A stretch of 64,000 nucleotides of DNA from the NCBI RefSeq assembly GCF_006345805.1, contig NC_043010.1:24304001-24368000 (forward strand), in the 5' to 3' direction. The DNA comes from Octopus sinensis (taxonomy: Eukaryota). This document shows, in pieces, positions 53,280-64,000 of this stretch (positions are counted from its first letter, which is position 1; the number at the start of each line of letters is the position of its first letter). Both the position numbers and the translations under genes were made by a program. Under the pieces are notes generated by a model. The model saw nothing but the letters and a program-made list of their open reading frames with translations, did no database searches and was not told the origin of the DNA.

Positions 53280-53487
53280 ATAGATACATCCATACGCACA
53301 AACAGTACCACAGTACTGACCAGGCTCTAGGGTGTTGTAATACACCACTGGTCACAATGTGTTTCGAATTCTGTCATTCGTTTTCGTCTTGACCCCCAGT
53401 TGCTTGACCAAATCGTGTTCCCACCGTCGTCGATGCCTTCCAAGTGGTCTTTTCCGATCTTTTGGAAACTACTTGGCATACATATGT

Positions 53488-53696
53488 ATGTTGATTCGTT
53501 AGTTACTGCACGCATTTTTTTTCTCTCCTTCTTTCTGTGTTTTTTTTCTCTCTGTGTATCTTTCTGTTGAAGAGCGTAGGCTCGAAAAGTTAAAGACTTG
53601 TTTTATTTATATTTCCTGAGCGCCATACTAATACAATTGTTTGTTTGTTTCCCACCTGCCTTCGTCTTTTGTCTATTTTCATATAGCTTCCCGTTA
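53488..53696 (+). mobile_element. Interspersed repeat with hammerhead-like motif, copy 2
   Basis: Nearly identical to 46739-46945; motif at 53559-53596 with GAAA-ag-tt. Confidence 0.7.
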
Positions 53697-53749
53697 TATA
53701 TATATATATATATTATATATATATATATATATAATATATATATATGTAC

Positions 53750-53908
53750 TACAGGCTTATTTCAGTTTCTGTCAACCAAATCCACTCACAAGACTTTGGT
53801 CGACCCGAGTCTATGGCAGAAGCCACTTGTTCAAAGCGCCACACAATGGAACTAAACTAAGAATTATGTGATTTAAAAGCAAGCTTCTTGCCACAGATCT
53901 ATGGCTGC
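53750..53908 (-). mobile_element. SINE family A head
   Basis: Similar to 5651-5806. Confidence 0.75.
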
Positions 53909-54394
53909 CACCGATCATTACTGTCGAGTAGACTTTGAGCACACATTATATTTCTCATAGAAAGGTTATAGATTGTTTCTTTCCAATGGCAAACGAACAC
54001 ACCACGACCAAGATGATATTTATGGGGGAATATCTCAATAAAGATAAGACATTTATTTCCTCGAAGCTCAACAACACTGATTCGTTTGAATGGATTATTT
54101 ATAGTTATTTAATTAGCAAATCTCAAATGGGAGTGACAAAGCAGATTTCGAAAAATTGATTGACCGAAATGAGATTCCTAAAATCTATATCAATTCCTAA
54201 TGAATATTTTTGGTTGTTTGCAGTCTGAAGATTCTTTATAACTTTTATTGTGATTTCGAATGCAAGTTATTAAAACCGCAACTGAAAGTCTGAATCAGAT
54301 ATCGTGCTGTAATTGGTAATTGAAATCATCAAATGACTTATACGTTCTTCGATCTAATGATAATGACAATAATAATAATAATAATAATAATAAT

Positions 54395-54455
<61 letters not shown>

Positions 54456-55217
54456 TGATAATGATAAATGGTAATGACGTACATGGAGGTATAGAGTTCG
54501 TTATTATGTTAAAGCTGTCGAAAGTGATCAGATGAAACAGTCGCGTTAAGATTTTCAGTACAATTTAAATTATACATTCGTCTTTGGTATATTAACTCAG
54601 AAATTATTGATGACGCTTTTATGATAAACGAAAAGCGATAACAGAGCGCAATAAGAGAGTGTCAATCACTTCCCCCGGATATATAATATACAGATACATG
54701 AGACATGAAACAAGATGGCGTACACAATGGACAATCACTGCGCTCTTTCGTTTTCATCCAGATAGTTTATCTGATTCGAAATCTTTTTCATAATCATAAT
54801 CGATCTTGTTTTTCATAATCGTACATGACGACCTCTGCTGGAAATGAAAGAATGAGAATCAGAGTTATAATGGAAAGTCATGTACGATGTTGCTCGTGTA
54901 ATATTGCTAATCTTCAATTTCTGGATATTTCTCACTTGTGTGGCGTTCATGTTATTGAACAGGGAAGAAGTTACGTTTAAACCGATAAGTAAGTATTAGC
55001 ACTGTACTGGAGGTTAGTGTTTGGTTAATATTATCTAATTTAAAAATTCATCGATTCTTCCCCCCTTCCTCCAAAGTTCTCGAAGTTCTAGCAAAGATCA
55101 TCGTTTCTGCCATTATTCTTGTGACTAAGCTATAAAGAAAATATTTTATTATTAATAAATATGAGAGACAACTTCAGATGCGTTTTACCATTATTATGAC
55201 CTCATTAACAAAGCATA

Positions 55218-55266
<49 letters not shown>

Positions 55267-55273
55267 TTTTATT

Positions 55274-55310
<37 letters not shown>

Positions 55311-56004
55311 GATAGTTTAACAAGAGACAGACAGGCATTGTCCCACAACCTTTCTCAGGGACTCGAAGAGCTATATAGAGGAAGGAAAATTTTATCCAAA
55401 TACAGAGAACTGGTTCGGATACTTGCAACGGTGCAGACCATTCCATTGTCATAGTAGTAATGTCAAACAGAGCAACGGATAAAATGTGACACTCCCAAAA
55501 GTGAAAAGGACAAATGGTAGAAGAATTACAAGTTGAGTATACAAGACTCTAAATATGATTGCGTTCAATAACTATATATGCTCTCTGTAGTGAGTTCTCA
55601 AATCTTAATTTTTGAATATTGGACGGTGGATGTCAAATGAAAAATTGCTGATGCCCTTTATAAGCAAACTTGGGAAGATAATTAGCTCGTTTTATTAATC
55701 ATAAAGCGTCATATAAAAAACATATTTTCCAGACATTCAAACACCATGGACTTTTTAAATATTTAAGTCATATTCTTTTATAAATCTGCAGCGAACTAAC
55801 CATCACGATGCAGTAAGCAGAACCAGGCTGTAAGCACAATGACACACAAATACATCGCGATGCTCTTGTGCACAACGACGCAAAGTACACAACGGTGCAC
55901 CGTCTGAGAGCTGCTGGTTTAACGAGCGTAGAATATTAGTATATTGGAGAAAAGCAAATTAAAAACTGCCATACTCAGAGTCGCCATCCGCACTGGTACC
56001 AATA

Positions 56005-56070
56005 ATATAGCCTCGAGCCGACTAAGGCCTTGTGAGTGGATTTGGTAAAGGGAACTAAAAGAAGCCTGTC

Positions 56071-56108
<38 letters not shown>

Positions 56109-56310
56109 CTTTGTGCTTATGTTTGTCCCTCACCGCCACATGACAACCGGTGTTGGTATATTTACGTCTCCGCGAACTCAGCAGTTTCGTAAATGAGTCC
56201 GATAGATCAATTACCAAGCTTTGAAAAAATAACTAATTGCCGGGGTCGATTCTATCAACTAAAATTCTTCCAGGCAGTGCCGCAGGCTATCAAATGAAAC
56301 AAGTAAAACA
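56005..56310 (+). mobile_element. SINE family A (5'-truncated)
   Basis: tagcctcgagccgactaaggccttgtgagtggatttgg..caaatgaaacaagtaaaa. Confidence 0.8.
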
Positions 56311-56632
56311 TAATGGTTAAATAATTATAGGCATCTGAAACTGCGACAGCGTAAAATTAAAATCCTGGTGTGTGTGTGTGTGTGTGTGTATAATATCTGT
56401 TCCTGTGTGTAATATCTGTTTGCGTGCTTGTGTGCAAGTGTGTGTGTGTAGTATCTGTCTGTGTGAGAGTGTATGTGTGCGTATGTGTAGTATCTGTGTA
56501 TGTGTGTGTAGTATCTGTGTGCGTGTGTGTATGTGTATGCGATTACGTGTTTTCGTGCGTTGGTGTGCATATACGTGTATGTGTGTGTACATGTGTGTGT
56601 GCATGTGTATGAGTTTCTGTGCATATATATGT

Positions 56633-56664
<32 letters not shown>

Positions 56665-57314
56665 ATTTATGATATGTATATGAGCATGGAATGGCACTTG
56701 TTCTAATATTTTGGCTCAAAGATATAAAACAGCAAATTAACCTGAGCCGTTTATTTATTAATTGCCTTTGGGGAAAGAAATTCCCACAGAAACTATTTTG
56801 GGCAAAGCAGAGCGAAGAACTCTCTGCCAGCTTACAGCCGATCCATTATATTTGAATCGCTGTTTTCAACTAAACTGCATACAGATATTTCACATTGCCT
56901 TCCCTCCACGACGACGACGATGACGATGACGAGGATGATGGTGATGATGATGGTGGTGATGATGATGATGACGACGACGACGATGATGATGATGATGATG
57001 ATGACGACGACGACGACGACGATGATGATGATGATGATGATGATGTTGACGGCCATGAGGGCGATGACGAGCAAGATGTAAAGGATGAAGAGGAGGAGGA
57101 GGGGAGGAGGAGGGGAGGAGGAGGGGAAGAGGATGATAGAAGGGGGATGGGTGGAAGGGGATGAGGGTGGAAGGGAAGGCGAGAATGACGAGGATGTTCG
57201 CGTCAGTGAAGGGCAGTGAGAGGAGAGGAGGAGGCGTAGGAATGAAAGAAAATGATGATGAGGAGGAGGAGGAAGGAGGAAATGGAGAAGGATAATGATG
57301 ATGTTTACGATGAC

Positions 57315-57540
57315 GAGGTCGACTTTGCCTTTCATCCTTTCGGGGTCGATAAAATTAAGTACCAGTTGTGTACTGGAATTCATCTAATCGACTGGCACCC
57401 TCCCCACCCCAAAAAAAATACTTCGGGCCTTGTGCCCAGAGTAGAAAAGGATCGTTAGCACGCCACAGGAAAATACTTAGCGGTATTTCGTCCCGTCTTT
57501 ACGACCTAAGTTCAATTTCCGTCGAGGTCCACTTTCCCAT
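57315..57540 (+). mobile_element. SINE family B fragments (partial tandem)
   Basis: gaggtcgactttgcctttcatcctttcggggtcgataaaattaagtacc; second partial head at about 57450. Confidence 0.8.
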
Positions 57541-57621
57541 CCTTCTTTTCACACCATCACCACTAAAATTGCTGGCCTTGTACAAAAAATTGAAACTCAT
57601 ATTACCAATATTAGAGAATAT

Positions 57622-57993
57622 ACATTATTTACATTTGACGGATACTTCTCCTCATCTTGTTTGATGTTAACACAACGTTTCGGTTGATATACCCTCCAGC
57701 CTTCATTAGGTGTCTTGGGGAAATTTCGAACCTGGGTTCTCATTCCTAAGGTATTTTTCGAAAAATACCTTAGGAATGAGAATTCAGGTTCGAAATTTCC
57801 CCAAGACACCTGTTCGAAAAATACTTTAGGAATGAGAACCCAGGTTCGAAATTTCTCCAAGACACCTAATGAAGACTGGAGGGTATATCAACCGAAACGT
57901 TGTGTTAATAACAAACAAGATGAGGACAAATATCCGTCAAATGTAATAATGTAAATAATGTACATAATTCTTCGTCCCTTAGATGTAGAACTG
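57622..57993 (+). mobile_element. Short retro-insertion with 5' inversion, two opposed hammerhead-like motifs and a 13-bp TSD
   Basis: TSD tattagagaatat at 57609-57621 and 57994-58006; inversion pivots on gtatttttc|gaaaaatac (57759/57760); motifs at 57669-57714 (-) and 57861-57906 (+). Confidence 0.8.
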
Positions 57994-58514
57994 TATTAGA
58001 GAATATTTCTTTTTTTAACATAACAGAAAACAATTTTGAAGACATTATCGCTGATGTTTCTAGCAAAGCGAAGGACCACTTAGAGGCTAAGACATCCTTT
58101 CGAAGTTTCCATGTTTATTCGAATGATATTTCTTTAATGGAATATCGTCCATAACTTCATAATTACGGTTGACTCTTACAATACAAATATTCAACATTCT
58201 CGATTGTTAGTTATTTACTCCATCAAGAAACATGAACTCTACAACATGTTCAATCATCATTCATTTATTTAGTTTTGCTTCGTCTTTTTCTCTTCCTTTC
58301 TTTCTGTTTTCTTTTCCTGGTGTAACTACACCCATCTGCAGATTCCTCACCAACCAATGCCTCCCAAGTCTTGTTCTGTTTTTCGTTCGTTTCTGTTTTT
58401 TCTCCCCTATGCTATTTATCAATCTGCAGCACATTAAATTTTACATTAACACCACCAACCTCACACAGCGGCAGCAAACAGCGTGGATCTCCACACCATT
58501 TCTTTTCCGTAATG

Positions 58515-58596
<82 letters not shown>

Positions 58597-58614
58597 AACT
58601 ACTACTACTACTAC

Positions 58615-58650
<36 letters not shown>

Positions 58651-58652
58651 TG

Positions 58653-58707
<55 letters not shown>

Positions 58708-58733
58708 TGATGATGATGATGATGGTGATGATG

Positions 58734-58794
<61 letters not shown>

Positions 58795-59138
58795 ATACAA
58801 CGAACATTATCAATTCTACCAATCATAACAGTAATTGGAAACACTAACGGTGTATACCAATATTTATAGTTTGGTGCCGTGGCTGTTGTTGTTCTTCTTG
58901 TTGTTATTGTTGTTGGATGTTGTCGTTATGTGTAAATGTGTATTAAATGATACGTTGTATTGCATCTCTATGGTTTTGTGCGCGACTGTTGGTTAGCAGC
59001 GGGGTTGCTTGTGAGTAGATGTCAATATTGAAATCGTTGTATGAAGCCCTACCAATGACACTGTGAAAGCGGTATTTGTGGGGACATTTTGTGTTTTTTT
59101 GTGTGCATGTGTGTGTGTACGTGTGTGTGTGTGTGTGT

Positions 59139-59176
<38 letters not shown>

Positions 59177-59323
59177 TGTGTGTGTGTGTGTGTGTTGCTT
59201 TACAACATAGAAATCACTATATACCATGTAATCGATTTCAGTTATAGATCTTAAATTTCATAGAGAAATATGTGTATCAATTTTGTTATTTGTTTTAGTA
59301 AAAAGATAATAATAATAATAATA

Positions 59324-59372
<49 letters not shown>

Positions 59373-59827
59373 GTACTGGAGAAAATAAAAATAGTGGGGA
59401 AATTTTGAGGATTCTTCATTTTAGGATTAGTTTTCCTTGTAAAGAGAAATAGCAAACAGATTCAGAGAGCGAATTGACGAAAACAACAAGTCTCCAGAAC
59501 ACGGTAACCTACCAAGTGTTATACAGAACGAAAACTGTATACGAACGGTGAGAGAGCTGGACATCTCAAAATAATACAAGGATATTGGAAAGTATTTATA
59601 CGGATGCATTCTCAATGGAGAATATTTAGTTTATACACGGGAAGTTATCCCGTATGAAAGAAGAAAAAAACAAAATTCTTTTCTCAGTATTGAGAGGCCC
59701 AATAACCTCATATATAAACTGGTGCCCATTAAACATGAACCTTATCCAGTAAATTTGAAGTAAATTGAAGAAACTTTATTTATTGATCAGAATAATGTTT
59801 TACAGTGTTCTATTAGAATGTCTGTTG

Positions 59828-59890
<63 letters not shown>

Positions 59891-59905
59891 CTATTATTAT
59901 TATTA

Positions 59906-59999
<94 letters not shown>

Positions 60000-60084
60000 T
60001 ATTATTATTATTATTATTGAGTGAGAGAGAAGCACATGCCATCAAAATGACACTGAGGTACAAATATACGAAACCATCATGAGT

Positions 60085-60235
60085 ATCCGTCTGATAAGGA
60101 TACACCAGGCGCATGCATCACAACCATATGTGCGCAACATGGTGATCTTGCAGCTGGGACCCAGTTAGAATTTTGCTCAGGTCGAGTAACTCATCCCGCT
60201 CAAAAGATCCCCGAATAAAGTTTGTTTAAGGCCAC
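60085..60235. repeat. Fragment of interspersed repeat E (opposite orientation to 44871-45427)
   Basis: gcagctgggacccagttagaattttgctcaggtcgagtaactcatcc resembles the reverse complement of 45213-45260. Confidence 0.7.
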
Positions 60236-60264
60236 GGAAACTTCGGGCAATGCAAAAAACACAT

Positions 60265-61012
<748 letters not shown>

Positions 61013-61013
61013 T

Positions 61014-61088
<75 letters not shown>

Positions 61089-61367
61089 TTGTATGCGTGT
61101 GTGTATGTGCGTGAGAATGTGTGTGCCACAGAACTTCACAAAACTAGACACCAATATTTAAGCATTGCCCAAACTATCGATTAAGAAAACCAAGCAATTT
61201 TCCACTAAGATAAAAAAAAATATTACATTCATGTATAGCAAATGTGAATTCCATTCATCAGCTACCAAACGGATATCAGTGTCGTTTCGACACTTTTGTA
61301 GTACCATTCAATCGTCCGGGAGTTTTCGTTATATATTTGTCTACTTGGTTTTTTTTCTTTTATTATA

Positions 61368-62642
61368 CGAGGGACGTTCAATAAGTAATGCCTCGGACCC
61401 ACTTGCAGTTGTTTGATCTAGCATGTGCAATCATTTATATCTCTATAGAGTAAGTGACAAATTACAGCTCTGAATTAATTGTGGTTTCTGATTTACAGGT
61501 GTTTGAACTGAGTCAAGTGTGAAATGGAGCTTGTTGAGTGTCGAGCAGTGATCCGGTTTTTGTATTTGAAAGGACGCACACTACGGGAGACTTTTGATGA
61601 AATGAAAGTAACTTATGGTGATGATGCCCCATCATATGACCTTGTAAAACACTGGCATCGTGAATTCAAACATGGTCGGAACTCTGTGGAAACAGCTCCC
61701 AGATCTGGTCGCCCCCTTCTGCCATTGATGAGGCATCTGTCCGTCAAGTTGAGGCTGCCATTTTGGAAGATCGACGCATAATTATTCGCCAAATAGCCCA
61801 TGAGGTCAAGATTAGTACCGGGTCTGTGGAAACTATCATTCATGACCATTTGCATATGCAAAAGGTGTCTGCCAGATGGATTCCCAGGTTGCTCACGCCT
61901 TTCCAGAAGCAAGAACGCGTCGAGTGCTCGAGGGTGAATTTGGAGATGTGCCAAGAAGATGAGTCAAAATTTTTCAAAAGACTGATTACACAGGATGAAA
62001 CCTGGGTCCATCACGATGATCCAGAGACCAAATCCCAGTTAATGCAGTGGAAGCACCGTGACTCACCCCCTCCAAGAAGGCAAGGGTGCAGCCCTCCGCT
62101 GGCAAGGTCATGCTCACAGTCTTCTGGGACCAGGACGGAGTAGTGATGACAGATTTCCTGGCAAAGGGTACCACAATTACAGGAGCCTATTATGCTTCAC
62201 TTTGAGGAAATTAAGAGAAGTTATCAAAATCAAGAGGCGGGGCAAGATCAGCAAAGGCATCCTCCTCCTGCAGGACAACGCTCCGGTCCACAACTCGCTT
62301 GTCGCCAGATCAGAAGCACAGGCGTATGGCTATGAACTCCTCCCCATCCCCCTACTTTCCTGACCTTGCACCTCTGATTTTCACCTCTTCCCAATCATGA
62401 AGTTGTTTTTGAAAGAAAGCGTTTCCCAGATGATGCAGCCTTGATTTCTGAAGTCACGTTGAGGTTGGAGGACCAAGCTGGGTTCTTCTACAAAAACGGT
62501 CTCCAGAGCCGCATCAAACGATGGGAGAAATGCGTAACTCTGGGTGGTTCCTATGTAGAAAAAGCCTAATAACTGTGCCAAGTTTCGTTGCTCTACTGCT
62601 ATGGGAAGTGGGTCAGGGGCATTACTTATTGAACGCCCCTCG
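61368..62642 (+). mobile_element. Mariner (DD34D) transposon, full length (1275 bp)
   Basis: 25-bp TIRs cgaggg(a/g)cgttcaataagtaatgcc at 61368-61392 and 62618-62642 (1 mismatch); TA on both sides. Confidence 0.95.
61524..62569 (+). pseudogene. Mariner transposase with several frameshifts
   Basis: RSGRP, KVSARWIPRLLT, ITQDETWVHH, VFWD, LLQDNAPVH, degraded PDLAPSDFHLF, RWEKCV..GGSYVEK*. Confidence 0.92.
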
Positions 62643-64000
62643 TACCTTAAGTAACTCTTATCGTAGGGTTTGTTTGTTTTCAAGCTCCGTTCCGGTTAAT
62701 TTCTATTTCCAAATCTATGTATTTGAAACAAAGATATTTACAAATGTTTACTTCAATTTGTCCTTGGTGAATTTTATTTCACGTGTATTTATATAGTTAC
62801 TGGAGAAAAATGCATTTGATCATATATTATTTAGGAGTGAGGGATAGAAATCTAGAAATATTGATGGTAGCAGCAGCTATTATTGTTGTTTTTTCTCCAC
62901 TCCAAGCCTAATCCATCAGAAGTTTGATCACAAGCTTTCCAATCATGAGAGAATTTAAGACTAGACTGTCCAATATGTCCCTTAGAGTGCCACTTGGAGG
63001 AAAATTTGACTGTTACTTTGCTGTGGTAAGCAACCAAGTAGGGGCACCCTCGTTGGCTAGCTAAGGTACTAGAAGAGAACATAGACAAAGAGATTATCTA
63101 GCTGTTGTAAGACGGACCTTAAGTGAATCAGACGAATTCAACTCTTGACATATGAGCAATGATCCCATAAACAGACACACACACACACTCAGCACACACA
63201 GACACACTTACACACATTATTTAGCAACATTGCTTAAAGAACAGGGCAGTTTCATGACTTTGCTCATAACGGAGTTTATGACGTTTCTAATATCACCTTT
63301 GAGGTTTGCGGCCTAATATTTAGGATGTTGGACTCATGAGCGTAAGAATGTGGTTTCAATTCCTGGACCGGGCACCGTGGTGTATTCTTGAACAAAACAC
63401 TTAATCTCACGCTTAAGCTTTGTCTCAACAACGCATTATAACAGTTGAATCGCATCGTTCAGTCTGTTTCCCTTGTGATTAACCATTGAAGGCAACTCAG
63501 GTTGTTAGCAAATGTTTAGGATTGAAAATATTTCTGTCTCTGAAGGTAGGGAGACGCTGGTTTCCTATCACTGCAAATGTTTAGTCACTTTTAAATATTA
63601 CCAAATATTACAAATGTTTTATAAAGACTCTGAGTACACGACTCAAGCCGTCTTCTCATCAAAACGACTGATTTGTGATAGGGTTCTGTTCCTTGTTGAA
63701 TCTGCAGACATTGCTTATAGACAGATTCCAATATTTCATCTGTCTTTGATAGCACGCTTAGGTGACGTCTAATGTTATAACCAAAGACAGACAGATTTTA
63801 ATTTAATGTACAATTTCACGAGTGCCAGATTCACATAGAGCTTTTATTACATAAACATGCACAAGCTTACACATACACACACACACACACACACACGCAC
63901 ACACACATTCTCAAATCTGCTGTTATAGATACATGCACATGAATGCAAATATATTTATAATTACAAATTGGAAACTAATGAGTAAGCTTGCTATTATACT

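Noticed and set aside
55330-55450. Possible decayed LINE C-terminus next to (ATT)n
   Set aside because: Similarity (LSQGLEELYRGRKI) is too weak to call by eye.
56895-57164. Poly-Asp/Glu ORF resembling an acidic biomineralisation protein
   Set aside because: (GAT/GAC/GAG)n microsatellite with no signal peptide, splice context or non-repetitive domain.
58232-58828. 198-aa poly-Thr/Asn/Asp ORF (and the similar ORF at 44261-44662)
   Set aside because: Compound trinucleotide microsatellite; several frames on both strands are open.

Overview
AT-rich, microsatellite-dense animal genomic DNA made up almost entirely of transposable elements. I found no host protein-coding exon I can support, so it is probably intronic or intergenic. 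From recall of these repeat families it looks like an octopus (cephalopod) genome; that is an inference and needs a database check. Contents: Penelope-like element (PLE) fragments (RT, GIY-YIG); three RT-less elements encoding an L1/Tx1-type ORF1 protein (RRM-like plus CCHC knuckle) from two very divergent families; two decayed CR1-type LINEs; an RLE (R4/Dong-like) LINE fragment; an L1/Tx1 ORF2 3' fragment; a full-length but frameshifted mariner; three non-autonomous Helitrons; a probable hAT MITE; and about 30 SINE copies from four or more modular families (informal labels A-D and repeat E). Highlights: (1) the ORF1-only elements share a 3' hairpin tail with SINE B and with a 29-bp TSD-flanked micro-insertion, and carry an unrecognised conserved C-terminal domain; (2) several minimal type I hammerhead ribozyme motifs, one with an intact core and two in a TSD-flanked inverted element; (3) a near-perfect 1.44-kb palindrome. 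All alignments were done by eye, so boundaries are approximate unless a motif is quoted.
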